Numbered from the stretch's first letter, positions 11,761 through 26,299 are shown. The stretch is 64,000 bases of DNA from Eledone cirrhosa (GCA_964016885.1 OZ024743.1:109430001-109494000), one strand, 5' to 3'. Made by a program: numbers and translations. Notes: a model not told the origin generated them from the sequence alone.

Positions 11761-14700
11761 AATAAGTATATTAGAGTAGGAGGGGCTGAGAGTGAGAAAG
11801 AGAGGTAGAAAGATAGACAGAAAGATGCACATAGGGAGATTAGACAGATACAGGCTAATGCGTATATATGTATATAAATATGCATTTATTTATTTGTATA
11901 TATACATATGTAAATATATTTACATTTGTATGCACCTACACACTTCTACATTTGCATGAATGAATATGTATATTTTTCACTTCGTGTGTTTATTTGTGTG
12001 TATTCTTTTACATTCGCTGTTGCAGATCCTGCCTAAATAGAAACTCATGACAGAGTTTACTGATTTTTCAGTGATACAATTGAGATCGAATCATCTCATT
12101 CGTGCAAATGAACGAACGTGTAAACGAATGAGTGGATGTATGTATTTTTATTACAAATGAGATGTAGCTTCTCATCACATGCTTTGTTCTTGTAATATTT
12201 ATACAATTTTCTTCGCATTTTATTAGTAGTTTATTTAGCTGATAATTTGATGGTTCTTTTTCTTTCTATACGTATCGATCGATAATGCTACTAACAACTC
12301 GTTCTTGATATGTTGACGTTTATCGTAATAACTTTGACAAGTGTAGTGAGATCTTTCTGTTTAAGAACGACTTGCTTGCACGCACTGTTTTAATATAATC
12401 AAAGTCCTAAGCACTTTAACAAACAACACTAACATTATCTGATGTGAAGAAAATCTGTCTGTATGGATCAGTTTAATGTTTCAACACATGCTTTATATTT
12501 GCAGTTTATTTCTGAATATCATTACATTTCATGTTAGATTACTGAAATATACATGGAACATGAAATGAAACGAATTAATATCCGATTTTGCTCAAAGTTG
12601 TGCTCTTTTTTTTTTATTATGTGTTCGAATAGGGGATTATGTTCCTAGTGCAACTAAATAAATCTGCTACTTTAAAAAAGGATGGAGTCGGGGAAATAAT
12701 ATTTACAAAAACATTATAGATATTTAGGACCTCAGTCCTTTTCGACGATGAATGATTCAGTTGGTTCAATTGATCGGAACAGATTGCTCGTGAAATTAGA
12801 ATATACGTGGCAGAGTATTTCACAGAAACGTGTATCTTTAAGGTAGTTCTCATTATGATTCAGCTTGACACAATGTGTATCAAGACTGGCCTATTGAATT
12901 ACAAGTGAAACTCATTTTTGTCAGTTAAGTGGACTAGAGAAACGTGAAATAACACGAGGCACCAGCCAATACACATGACCTTCCGATTATTAACTGAACA
13001 TACTGAGATCAAAGTCATACACATTCAGTAGAAATATATTTAGTGTGAAAGAGCTAAGTTTAAACAGGACACGAACGTCCTGGTGTAGAATTCCAGATGT
13101 TCACTTGGTGGTAAGCTGTCGCATGAAATGTAGCCAGAAGCAACGTGGGAAACTAAGCAGTTACAAACAGATGCAAAATCAATTTCAAATTACACATTCT
13201 ATTATGTATTTAAATTTCAAATTTACATTCTATTACGTATTTCTACATGGAATATATTTAGAAAAAGACATGGTGTTGGTAAATTTAATATATTTAATCT
13301 GGACTAAACAACAATGTGGATGAAAACAGTACCACATGATGGTCTGTGAATTCCTAGAATAATTCCTTAGCCGCTATCTGATGCAACTCTATCCATTCTG
13401 AGTTCAAATTACGCTTCCTTTTCTTAGAAGAGGTTATCAACAATGTCTCATGACGTCATTGCTCGTTGGGATGTCTTCTGATATATTGTTGTGGTAGCCG
13501 TTTTCTCTATATGCATTTAATATACAAGACTATTTCTAGATAACGATTCCAGCGTTGGAAGATTTGTTTAAACTCTGTAAAACCAGCTGAAGCATGCCAA
13601 TGCTAAAGATGACCTAGATTTTATTAACAAACATGCAGTATAAAGTGCACATTTAATTTATTCTTCATACATATAGGAGATTACGTCTAAGTTTAAGTAG
13701 ATTTCGCTCATATTTTTAAAAGTTTGACAGCTAATGAGGCATTTTAAGAAGTCAAACATACACTAGCGATTTTGAGATGCACACTCTCGGCGGCTGTTAG
13801 TGCAGGATGTCTTACGTAAGTTAGAATTGATGACATCGGGAATATAAACAACATGAAGTGACCTAGACAAAAATCATACATGCGGAATAACATCAGATCT
13901 TTACACTTATCAAGAAATAACGTTTTATTGATTTCTGTATCCTACGATTGCAATCCAATTTTAGGATAGGAATTTGCATTGCAGACTCACATATGTATAT
14001 ATGTATGTATGTATGTATGTATGGGTAGATATGTATATGTATATAAATCACAGTTTACAATTTGTCACACTATCTAACGTATGTTATTACTCCAAGGTGA
14101 CACAGCTTTATTGGGTGTTTTGCTGCACATTCCTAATTGTATATCGTTAGCTTGGCCACAGCCAAAACTTCGATATTATTAAACTTCCATTTGTATATAT
14201 ATATGTGTGTGTGTGTGTGTATGCCTGTGAGTGATTCTGTGTATGTCTGTATGTGTATGTGAAACATAAATTTAAATTTTGAGAACCAACACAATGCGTT
14301 ATTAAGATTGTTAAAATTCCTAAGATAACAAAAGAATCTTGCGTTAGCAAATTTAACAATCCCAAATAAAAACCGATTATCAAGGGAGTGACCTTATAAG
14401 AGACTTAAAAATCAATCGCATAGTCTTGTTTGTATGGGAACAGATTTAAGTGAAATTAAATAAAAAGACGTACAAATCTCGAAAGTTAGCATCATCTATG
14501 GAAAAATACACCATAGTCATGGATGAAATAAGCAATTTTATGGCCTGAACCTCTCGTAGGAACCTCTACAGCGAGCTAACTCATAGTCGGAGCTCGCTTA
14601 GAGGGTGAAATAAACTGTTAAAGGGCGTAAACCTTTCGTAGAATCTACCACGTCCAGCTAAGCAAATTCTTAGTGCGTTGGTCTCAACACGTGTATTTAA

Positions 14701-15289
14701 TTTAAGTTAATTTCATATAATTGATTTCATTTATCTTGAAAGTAGTTTTATAAGGATGAATGTTCAGTAAATTTCTGTAGCAAGCTGCTTGGTCTAGTGG
14801 CAGGTGCTATAGATGGTGAGATCGTTGTCTGGAAGTTCGTTCCTTGTCTAGGTGTTACACTAAAGTTGAAATATAAATCATTTTCATATTACATCCCTTT
14901 GAAAAAAAAGAAAAATTTGCTGAGAAACCCAATGTCTATTTATTTCATTTTATTTTATTTTCATTTAATTCATTCAATTTTATTTAATTCATTCAATTTT
15001 ATTTAATTCTGAAAGTAGCTTTATAAGTATTAATTTTCAGTAGATTTTTGTAGCTGTTTTATTGGCCTAGCAGGAGTTTGCAAATGAACTGTTAGTTTTA
15101 AAGACAGGTCAGTTTTTTTAGGATAATCTATGGTCAACTACACCACGGTCATGGATGAAATACTAAGTTTAAAGGCATGTACATTTCATAGGCTACTAGG
15201 ATATTTTACGGCCAGCTAAACCATAGTCAGTGTAAGGTGAGAGAGTGATTGAAGCATTTTTAAGGGCATAAACTGGAGCCACCCAAACA

Positions 15290-18200
15290 CTTACCTTGGA
15301 GTGCAGCAATGTTGTTACAAATGCTTTACCTGAGTCACTAGGATCATCAAGAAAGAAAATCCGTCCACTTTTTTCTCTGACTGACGAAATAATTTTATCA
15401 TATGCACATCTTTGTTTTGGAAGAAGTTTAGGTTTATGTTCACTCACAAATGCAGATGTGATGTCAAATTTTGTCTCTCTTGCTATGTCTCTTGAAGTTA
15501 AATCACTAATTTGACGGTCTGCTTTTGAGTCCAGATGCCAGACTCTTGCTAATTGTTGCCTCCCTTGGCCAAAACATGATACTCAATTTCAATCAGCTTG
15601 GTTAAATTCATTTTCAGAGAACTGAATATTGATATCTGGGTTTGCCTGTTGAACTGCATACTTTAAGTCCTCAGCCATGTGTTTCATCCTAAGATGTAGG
15701 GTTCTGCCAATTTGACATATGTTTAGCATACTTGCAAAAACGTTACAGGGTTTCCTTTGAGAATCTGACACTGATGCTTCAGTCAATGCGAGATCCCAAT
15801 GCTCATCATTTTCTAAAAACCCTTATTGATAGCATGCTTCCCTATAAGTTTCTCAAACATGGCTATTTCCCCTCTTCAAATCTTGAAATGATTTCGGATA
15901 TCGTACTACATGCAAAAGCAGCCATTCTCTTTCTATTGTGTGGACACTGTAAACTCTTGCAAGAGCGTCCGCCCCGCGTTTCCTATTGTGCCATTTATTG
16001 TTTCTCCAGGTGTAAAACTTGGGTAATTCTAGTAAAAGTAGTTTTCTTGCATCTTCATCTTCTTGACACATCTTAAACAAAGGCAGTAAGGGTAGTTTCT
16101 TTTGGAGAAAGTTCTTGTTGCAAGGCTGTTTGTTTCGTAAAGATAACTCTTTTGCCATTCTTTAGATGCACACACAATTTGAAGATGCGCTACTAATATA
16201 ACTTCCTCTCTCATACTGTGCAACTTCGCCATTTTTATTTATCTACTGACTGCCATTATGCATAAAAAGTGTATGTTGCAGCACCTAAACCTTTCTTTGC
16301 AAACATAATTAATACACTTAACAGCGTTGAAAAATTCAACATTGATATGAGCTTAGACAGTTTAGGGTTTAACCCACCGATTGGCCATTTCTCATTTTTG
16401 TCTCCGACCAAGCCCTTGTCTCCACCAAGCCCTTGTTTTCTTCTCCTGTAAAAGGTGGTAGCCCCCTTCTTCAGTTTGGATTTCTTGTAAAAAGAGATGT
16501 GGGTAGTTCTTGGTACACTTATTATTCCTCATGCATGGGGAGGATGAATTAATTGAACCACACGGCCCATGAATCATCTGGGACTCAACAATTTCATGTA
16601 GCAAAGGATCTTACTGTGGATCAGGCAGTTCAGTCGAGGCTTTTCATGTAACCGAATCAAAATGTGAGCACGTGACAATCCTCGTTTTTGCCATTCAATT
16701 GTGCACATGTCACATTTGACTGGTCCAAAGATTTTTTTAGGAGATACATCAGCTTTATGTCTTTAAATCTGAACACCCTAGCTATAATATCATGATGATC
16801 TTTGCGTTCTTGATGATTAGGATCAAACTCACTCTTTTTTTCATGCTATGTTGGGTTACATGTGAACGTAATGAACAGGTCTGGACGACCATATGTCTGA
16901 CATATGTAAGTTAATCTTGTATTCGCTCATGTATATACCGTGGAATGCCTGTAAAGCTTGATGGAAGAATAACACAAATCTGTCCAATGTTATCAGCTGC
17001 CAATGCTCCTTCATTACTGATGGCATCTCTCCAGCGAATGTGTTCTAATGTAAAGAAGCCTTTCACTTTCAATTTCATTATCATCTGAAAATTTCTGGAA
17101 GAGTTCACGTGAACGCCGAAGAATATTGAAGTCTTGCTCTCTTAATATGAAAAGGTAAGCATAGAATTCCATTCAGCTTACTGTTTTTGTCAGTGCAGGT
17201 GATCTTGTTTTAAAATCTGTTTTGTCTTTATAACAAAGTGATATCCCTTTTGGCCAAATACACAGATTAATGGATACTGGAGTGCATCATATGACCGGTG
17301 GGTTGCATTTATCCGCTGCATCTTATTTCCTCTTTGTTGAATAATAATATCTTTCTTTCCATACTCGTCTCCTGTAATAGTTGCTTCTACTTCATTTGCG
17401 GCAGGGACACTGTAGGGGTCTCTGTGTTCAGCAACATACGTTTTGTCTGCATCAATAACAATCTTGTATTTAGAGGGTGGTGCAGATTCTAATGCATACG
17501 TGAAGCTTTTGATGTAGCTATTGTTTGCAGGCAACATATCTTGCAAGTGAAATATTAACTCTTCTTTCAAATTTGGATAGTTAAATGACTGTTGCAAAGC
17601 CTGATCCTTGTAATTTGTCACAAAATGTAGCTGTAAAAGCTGAGGATGTTTGCCTTCAGTTGACAACAATGATCCAAAACGATGGTGTACTTGACCTTGA
17701 ATGTTAAAAGCTGGCTTCATGTTCCCTTCTCTTATAAGATTGCTACCAAAGGAGGAATTTGGAAAGCAGAATTATAAGTCCTAATGTTTTTTTTCAAGAA
17801 GTGCATGCTCCTTGGTGTGTTTCCCGAAAGCAATGCCTTCGAAGTATCTGAGGGTGTACCAAATGTCGGTAAAACAACCATTCCTCTACCACAACAGATA
17901 GTGGTGATTTCCTTTTCCCATTTCTGTCTTTTACAAAAATTGCACTCTTTTGACATTGCTCCAATATTAATCAATCCCTCTGAGAATAACCATGCTTTGG
18001 ATCATAGTTGAAAGCTGATCTTTTCCAAGTCCCCTTCAACGGTGCAAGTCGTTTGTCAAATGTATCCAGCCTATCTTGATCAAGATGCTTACGCCTTTCC
18101 ACTGAGGAATGGCGAGGTCTTGCAGCAACCGTTTGCTCCTGGTTTTTTCTTTGTCTAATCTCTCGCTGACCCATTGTGTCATTAGCAACTCTGACATCTT

Positions 18201-18450
18201 GTCTTTGTCTTGCATCCTTTAAACGTTTTCTCTTGGCTCCTGTGGATTGCATTTTGTTGACGTAATTGTTCTAACCGTTTTTCCCTTGCCTGCGTGCAGC
18301 AGCTTTCCTCCGATCGTCTTCATATCTTTGCTGTCGTTGTTCAGTGGTCTCTATTGACCTTGAGCTGGCTACCTGTTTTCGCCTTTGCTTCACTGTAGAA
18401 TTCTGATCATCTACATCTGCCCCGTCTCCTCTTGTAAAGTGGGAGAACAT
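15290..18450 (-). mobile_element. Helitron Rep/Helicase pseudogene, heavily frameshifted, helicase truncated
   Basis: AFNYDP; IGAMSKECNFC..KW..ICC.RG.V.LP; FNIQGQVHHRFGSLL; HRSYDALQYPL; ILPSSFTG.PRY; MIHGPCG..SSPCM..KCTKNYP; IFFLD.P..GK (PIF1 Walker A remnant). Confidence 0.9.
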
Positions 18451-18849
18451 TTTTTCCGGAAATCTTTTGGCAAATTAAAACGGGATTAAATGAAAAAATG
18501 AGTGAAAGTTACGTGAATATCTTCACAAGAGTGATTGAAATAAATGGCAATTGTGGAACGCCGCATAAATACACGCAAAAGCACACGCGCACCATGCAAG
18601 CTGACGCACGCAGGAAAACACACATGCATGCACGTACACATACACACACTCACATATGTTGATAGTTTTTATTTTCTGTGGAACGCCGCCCACACAAACA
18701 CAAACACGCATGCGGGCAGGTACCCACACACGCACACATGTTAATGGTTATTGCTTTCCATCCTCTCTTATTTCGACACACATAACGTACACATGTATCT
18801 ACACTGACAAGTATACATACAATATCAAACACAACGTCGCTTGATACTC

Positions 18850-19592
18850 CCGTGTTAAGATTATGAAGGCCGACATCACCAACACACCTAAGAGTAGCAG
18901 CCCACCATAAGCTCCCCCCCCCCGAGAGTCTGAAGTCCGCCCCTATCAACAACAATGCAACACACCAGCTGTATTTACGAAGCTGTGATAACTTATAAAC
19001 GACCAAATCAACAACAAGAGGTTAAATCCTATGTAGTTATGGCGGATGGCCGATTTAAAGAAATCTTCCTGAACCATCAGTCGACCTTCAGATATGGTCC
19101 CTCAAGGACACAGGCATATATTACTCCATCCGATGGAAAGCTATTACTAAGACTAACACATACGCAAGGGGACATCTGTGTGTGTAGGCTGTGCATTGAG
19201 AATATTACGTAATAGCACTTGCCTAAATTCAAGGAATGAACTTTTTCCTCACGCTGTCCACACGTCTGGAAACAACTATTGCATATTTACAAATCTCCAG
19301 ATTGACTAATATCAACAATCTATAGTATTCTGAATAACATGAATAATATATTCCGAGCATACACAGTTTTCTCCTTTACAACAGGAGAAGTGACGGTTTC
19401 TGCACATGCGTAATCGTACAATTGTTTTTTTCTTTTCCGTACAACTTCATTTAGACCGAGCAGAGGATCCGAATAAGGTGAAACAATTGTTCTCGCTATG
19501 GTGAACTAACTGTCGTAGAACTACTTCTACCAAACTCGTCCTATGGACTGAGTGCTCTACTACTACAGATAAAACACACCAGTGTTCTACTA

Positions 19593-19595
<3 letters not shown>
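18850..19595 (+). mobile_element. Degenerate PLE 3' end (GIY-YIG fragment, hammerhead, tail) ending at (TA)n
   Basis: CIYEAVI..KSYV..DGRFKE..NHQSTFR..CRLCIE resembles the endonucleases at 1231 and 60.8 kb. Confidence 0.7.
19457..19495 (+). ncRNA. Type I hammerhead with one core substitution (CAGAGGA)
   Basis: cgag-CAGAGGA-tcc gaataa ggt-GAAAC-AATT-GT-T-ctcg; stem I cgag/ctcg, palindromic stem III ACAATTGT. Confidence 0.7.
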
Positions 19596-19638
<43 letters not shown>

Positions 19639-19758
19639 ATTCATGTATACATGTATCTTTTCTCCTTTCAGAGTGTTGTTTTATCTAGTCGTAAACGGCA
19701 TAAATACATTATTCTACCTTATTTATAACTTCGCTCGCTGTTTCATAAACAAAGCCAG

Positions 19759-19841
<83 letters not shown>

Positions 19842-20739
19842 GGGGGGGGGTTATGTGTATGTATTTATTTATATATACATATATACGTGTGTGTTTGTGA
19901 GTGTGTGTATTCATATATTTATGATTTAAGGAAACTGATTTGACTTGAAAAAACAAAAACTTATCTTGATGTATATCACTTTTGCTCAAGTCTTCAGTAT
20001 AGGAGCAATAACGCAAAGGTTTTCTTACCATATTTAGTTCATTGCCATAATAGATACAATCTTATAGAAAATGATTGATCAATTAGTTTCTGACCTGTAT
20101 GCGATGCAATAAAGATAGGTAAATCAATAATATTACCACAGTTTTGTGTGTGGTTGAAATGAATATACTTTTTTCTGTGTTAATAACAGGGCGATGAATT
20201 GGCAGAGGTGTTAGGACATGATATAGATTGCATTTGATTATTCTACCGGCTCTCGCTGATCTCTGATTTGAACTCCCGCGTAGGTCATGTTTGCTATTCA
20301 TCATTTGAAGATCGATAAACAAAATGTACCATTCAAGTCCTGGGGTTGACTTGTCCTCTATGCCTCTGTTTTATTTCTTTTCTCCCTCTCTCACTCTTAC
20401 ACGCATACTCGCTCTCTCTCGCTCTTTCTCTCTCACATAATAATAACATTGTGAAAAGTATTAGTGTATTCCTATCTCCTCCTAGAATATACGTACATCG
20501 TATCGCTATACGAATATATGCAACATTTCTTTTAGAACTGGAAAATATAATCAACGAGATTGTTGTGTTTCGATTGTTCATTCGAGCAATCTGATTTTTA
20601 CTCAGCAGTGAACACTTAGCGCAGGTAAATGAAAGATAGAAAGTTTAGGAAAGAAATAGCATTAATGATTTCCCAACGAGCGATATTAAGTAATAGATTT
20701 TAATATCTACTACTACATATTCCTTACGCTATAGTGAAA

Positions 20740-20880
20740 GATTGTCTAAGTGGGTAGAGTTTTTGGTTCACGATCGTATGATTGTATGTCCAATCCTGGT
20801 GACAGGTTGTGTCCTTGAGTAAGACAATTTATTTCCTGCAAATTCCGTCCATCCAGCTGACAAAAATGAGTTCTATGACT
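20740..20880 (+). mobile_element. Second tRNA-derived SINE type, degenerate (reverse-strand relative at ~12890-12960)
   Basis: gtctaagtgggtagag..ttgtgtccttgagtaagacaatttatttc..agctgacaaaaatgagt. Confidence 0.55.
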
Positions 20881-22529
20881 ATTTAGTGTAATATTTCTTT
20901 GCAGTATATAATTCAGTAGATAAGCATATCATTGTTGAGATATATAAATGCAGTGGATTAACAGAATCGTGATAGGATCGGACCAAATTCTTGACGGTAT
21001 TTATTTACGACATCAACTACTGCCGAGGTCAAATTTGCGTTTCATCTTCCTAGAATAATGTACCAGCTAAATACTGGATATAATCGCATTTTTCCTTCCT
21101 ATAAATTGTTTGCCTTCAGCCAATCATTGAAAAAAATATTGAAATATAAAACTTATTACTTCAGACACTTTCTCCTCTGAAATAATTTCTTTTGAAAACT
21201 AGGGTTTGCAACACTAAAATACTAAAAAGCAGAAAAATATAAATAGATAAAGTTCCCTATAACGATTTTAAAACTCATTAAATCTGATGTAGAACATTAT
21301 ATATAAGTAATACATCTATGTTTCATTTTAACAATTTTTTGTTTAATTTCGTCTAACTGAATTATCCCAAAACGTCTTTCGTTTTTTCTTGTTATCGTTT
21401 CTATCTTATGCCTCTACAGTCTCTTTCCAGCTTATAATTTACAACGTCTTACTTCGAAACCTATCAACTATGTCATTTCGGATTACTACTAACACACTCA
21501 AATTTGGATTCCCAAATCTTTGGGTATCATGGTTTTCCACATATTTATTTTTTTCTTATTTCCAATTTCCATCATCATGTTCATCTCTCTTTTTATTTTC
21601 ATACCACTATTTATCTACATCATCTATAATCATGTTTGCAAACACACTCACACATCCACATTACATTCTCTATATACCTCTCTCTCTCTCCCTCTCTCTC
21701 TATATCTCTCTCTCTCTCTCTTTCTCTTTCTCATATATATATATGTATATATATATATTTACCTTCATATACGTACACACACACACACCACGCACACATA
21801 CGCACACGCACAAACACTCACTTTCTCTGTCTTTCTATCTCTCTCACTTATCTTCTATATATTTGCGTTATTCCTTGTTCTGTGACGCATATATATATAT
21901 TTTTTTCTTTTTTCTCCCTTTAATGTTTCCTGTCTTCCTCAGCTCACACATATATAATTTTCAGTCAGCTTATTCATACTAATTTACTTCTCATAGCATG
22001 CTTGCCTTCCACAAACCAACTCTTATTAGTCTATATTTCTCTGAATCCCCTCACTGAAACTGTTTGTCTTTCTCTCTCCCTCTCTCCCGCTCCTCCCTCT
22101 CACTATATATATATATATTTCTCTGCTTCTACTATCTCTCACTTTTACTAGCTCCTTAAGATATTTTCCAGATATTCCGAATGCCAAACGAAACTATCAT
22201 TTCCAGTTGAGTGGCACCGATTCAGATCTTTCGAATTTAACCAATGCTTCATTTCCTCACGAAGAGTCATTGGAAAATATGAGAGTGTGTTTTCTGAAAC
22301 ACACCATCCCGATATGCTCACACACTGAAAGCTTCATTGAACCATTTGCAAAATGCATGACTTTATTTGAGAATAAAAAAACAAAATTCTACAGTATGGC
22401 AAACTATTTTACTTCACATATATGCCTATTTATTTTATTAAGCAGAAGGAACGATTTGTGGTACACAATATTTTCACTTTTTTATTCGATCTATCATCCT
22501 ATATGTGCATACATCTTCTTGTCTACCCG

Positions 22530-22613
22530 TATGTATGTATGTATGTATGTATGTATGTATGTATGTATGTATGTATGTATGTATGTATGTATGTTTGTAT
22601 GTATGTATGTATG

Positions 22614-22647
<34 letters not shown>

Positions 22648-22678
22648 TGTATGTATGTATGTATGTATATATGTATGT
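22530..22678. repeat. (GTAT)n tetranucleotide microsatellite at the 3' flank of an R4-like LINE
   Basis: Direct. Confidence 0.95.
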
Positions 22679-22680
22679 AA

Positions 22681-23660
22681 TCTCTGTCTCTTAATTTCGA
22701 GTATATTTTTTTGACTGGCCACTTTCCTGGTGGCAAGGTTATAAAAGAAAAGAAATTGTCATCCCTTGAATCGCAAGAATGTTTTGCAAATGTTGAAGGT
22801 GCCAGCTATCGCAGCCATTTGTAGACTATTAATTAAGGAGCTGCGGTCTGTGTCCGCAAATCCAAGTTCAGTCATTCTTTGGTCCAAATGGGTTGGTATA
22901 TAACCCGTAGCTCCAATAATGATGGGTATGAAGCTAAAGGTGTATCTTGGATACTGGATTTGCAAAGTCCTCATCAATGGTCGGTAGATGTCCTCCTTCT
23001 CCTGTAATTTTCTGACAACGTTTACATCAAGTGGGCAGCTGATCTCCACAACAGAACACGTTTTCAATGTGTGGTCTCAAACAAAAATATTAGGCTGGTT
23101 GTGTTTTAATTTGGTGGGTGTTTTTTTTATTTTCAGGTTCCACCAGTATTCCTTAGTGCCATCTGTCTCAATATATTCTTCCTCGTTTGTTGTTAATTGT
23201 GTTTGCCGAAGTGCGTTCCAGATGGTTGTAGCTATCCCATCGTGTCTCGTAGGGAGGTAGTAGCGAGATGACATTCTTTCGTAGCTGGCAACAATGTGGC
23301 TTACATCCTCGAACTTTGTTTTACATAGCCTACATTTATTGTCAGCTGATGGCCCTCCCCTTTTGTGCAGCAGATATTTGGTAGGGATTTCTTGTTCCTG
23401 TATTGCATAGAGATATCCCTCAAGGTGTGATGTCATAAACTTGTCGGAACTCCATGCCAGGTTTTTTTAGTGGTTTATCCCCTCTATGGTCTGGATTTTA
23501 CGTCTCAAGTATCCATGCACAACTTTTTCTGTAAATTGGTCAATTTTGTCATCCTGTTTGAACATTGAATAGGGTCTTCCGATTTCTCTGGGTGAGAGAT
23601 TTATATCAGGCTTTATTCCGTATCTCTCCTCCAGGTCAGTGGCTATTCTAATGATATTTT
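22681..23660 (-). mobile_element. R4/Dong-like non-LTR retrotransposon 3' end (CCHC + restriction-like endonuclease), copy 1
   Basis: EGYLYAIQEQEIPTKY..CRLCKTKFEDVSHIVAS..RHDGIA..VVEISCPLD..EKEDIY; one frameshift; flanked by (ATAC)n. Confidence 0.85.
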
Positions 23661-23673
23661 TGTATGTATGTAT

Positions 23674-24651
23674 GTTTTCTCTTTCTCTTAATTTCGAGTA
23701 TATTTTTTGACCGGCCACCTTCCTGGTGGCAAGGTTGTAAAAGAAAAGAAATTGTCATCCCTTGAATCGCAAGAATGTTTTGCAAATTTTGAAAGTGCCA
23801 GCTATCGGAGCCATTTGTAGACTATGAATTAGGGAGCTGCGCTTTTTGTCCGCAAATCCAAGTTCAGTCATACTTTGGTCCAAGCGGGTTGGTATATAAC
23901 CCGTAGCACCAATAATGATGGGTATGAAGCTAAAGGTGTATCTTGGATACTGGATTTGTAAACTCCTCATCAATGGTCCGTAGATGTCCTCCTTTTCCTG
24001 TATTTTTCTGACAACGTTTACATCAAGTGGGCAGCTGATCTCCACAACAGAACACGTTTTCAATGTGTGGTCCCAAACTACAATATCAGGCCGGTTGTTC
24101 TTTAATTTGGTGGCAGTTTTTATTTTCAGGTTCCACCAGTATTCCTTAGTGCCATCTGTCTCAATATATTCATCCTCGTTTGTTGTTAATTTTGTTTTCC
24201 GAAGTGCGTTGCAGATGGTTCTAGCTATCCCATCGTGTCTCATGGGGAGGTAGTAGCGAGATGACATTCTTTCGCAGCTGGCAACAATGTGGCTTACATC
24301 CTCGATCTTTGTTTTACATAGCCTACATTTATTGTCAGCTGATGGCCCTCCCCTTTTGTGCAGCAGATATTTGGTAGGGATTTCTTGTTCCTGTATTGCA
24401 TAGAGATATCCCTCAAGGTGTGATGTCATAAACTTGTCGGAACTCCATGCCAGGCTTTTTGAGTGGTTTATCCCCTCTATGGTCTGCGTTTTACGCCTCA
24501 AGTATCCATGCACAACTTTCTCTGTAAATTGGTCAATTTTTTTTTCTTGTTTGAACATTGAATAGGATCTTCCGATTTCTCTGGGTGAGAGATTTATATC
24601 AGGCTTTATTCCATATCTCTCCTCCAGATCAGTCGCTATTCTAATGATATT
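23674..24651 (-). mobile_element. R4/Dong-like LINE 3' end, copy 2 (ORF 23755-24558 open)
   Basis: CRLC..H..SC zinc knuckle, RHD, NRPDIVVWD..VEISCP (RLE PD-(D/E)xK-like); tandem with copy 1. Confidence 0.9.
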
Positions 24652-24728
24652 TATGTATGTATGTATGTATGTATGTATGTATGTATGTATGTATGTATGT
24701 ATGTATGGATGTATGTATGTATGTATGT

Positions 24729-25333
24729 CAGGTCATCAGTTGGTGCTACTGGTAACATGTATCCCAGTACAACCTGTCTCATGGTCGGGTCGTTGGCGAC
24801 TAAACTGGCAACCCCACCAAGCTTTATTGGTGAGGAGGGTGACTTTGGACATCCTGCAGGACTAAAAACAAAACCTGTCAAAGGGCAAAGGAGCTCTTAA
24901 GAGTCAATGGCCATCCAAAATCACCGGGAGAGATGACCCCTTAGCCTTTGTCAAGGCAGAATTCTAGGAGAAGGAAAACTCTGATATAACACCTGCAACC
25001 CTGATGGTATCCAATGATGTTGACTTGTTCTTCTTTTTGGTAAATATCATCTTGGTTAAGAGAGTGGGACTGGCTTTGTGCAGTGCCTTTGCTCACTATA
25101 AAAGCTTCACGGCAAGGCATTGCTTTATATCTGGAGATCTCTCTGCACTTGTCATCACATGGTACCATGGGGCCAGCACTATGTGTCAATAATTGCCACA
25201 GGTGTAGTGTTTGTACCAGAGTTTTCAAGTCTCTGGCTGGACTAAAAATCACACTCGTTCAGCGCATCGGCAGGGGTTCTCCTACATGGATATAAAGTAG
25301 TGGCAGTACTCGAAAACGAGGTGGCAGCCACCA
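24729..25333 (+). mobile_element. Probable internally deleted (bipartite) RTE-type non-autonomous LINE in (TATG)n
   Basis: 3' part encodes CSVCTRVFKSLAGLK.. (C2H2-like RTE C-terminus) followed by a short UTR and (ATGT)n; 5' part is non-coding and RTE-5'UTR-like; no RT. Confidence 0.55.
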
Positions 25334-26299
25334 TGTATGTATGTGTGTATGTATGTGTGCATGTATGTATGCATGTATGTATGTGCTTCTGGTTTTATAA
25401 TTTCACAAATGTTTGCCAATAAAGAGAGAGTCGGTTTCTGACATAGTTACAAGACTCTCTCATTGGAACTCACACAACATCAACTAGGTAGATGTGTCTG
25501 TATGTCGGCATGCATGCATGTGGAGTTATGGATGTTATTGTATGTGTGGATGTGGATGTTTTGAGTTGTATGTGTGCATGTGCATACACTTTGTATATGT
25601 ACGTGTGTATATGCAGTTATTAGATGCGTATGCTTGTATGTATATATGAATGTATGAATGTATGAATGTATGGATGGATGGATGGAAGGATGTGAGGGTG
25701 TATGTATTTGAATGTTTTGTTTATGAATTCGTGCTAACTTGAAAGTGTAATCATACGCAGAAGGTGCCATTTTTTTACGAAAACAACTTTTATAATTTCT
25801 AATGACTTTTCACGTGGAAATGAAGCATTGGTTAAATTTGAAAGATATGAATTGCTGCCATTCAATTGGAAATAAGTGTTTTGTTTAGCATTCAGTAATA
25901 CAGTTGTAACTGTTCAAAATCTAATCTTGAAAGAACAAATGTCCTTTATTCGTTTTTAGTTTGCAATCTGTTTTACGTTAGATACACTAGCCAGGTTGTA
26001 GACATTTGAGACAAATATTCATTTGACCTTGGCGCATCACATGTCTTGTTGGAGAGGATATGAGAAAAGGTAGAACGTGAGTGAGAAGGAATAATTGAAT
26101 ATTTGTACATAGTGCCAAAGGGAAGGCTATTTTTTTTTATTATATCGATTTTAATATATAGCTGGTAGGTATTTATTTTCAGAGAGAAAGGATATACAAA
26201 CATATATTCTGATATTCGCACAAAGCGAAACATTCTTGTATATTACATTAAATGGTATCAACCACATTATTGAATGTAAACTCATTTTATCGACCAAGT

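Noticed and set aside
14290-15290. Helitron 3' terminus (hairpin + CTAG)
   Set aside because: Diverged internal repeats are present (14510/15140, 14760/15035) but no clear terminus.
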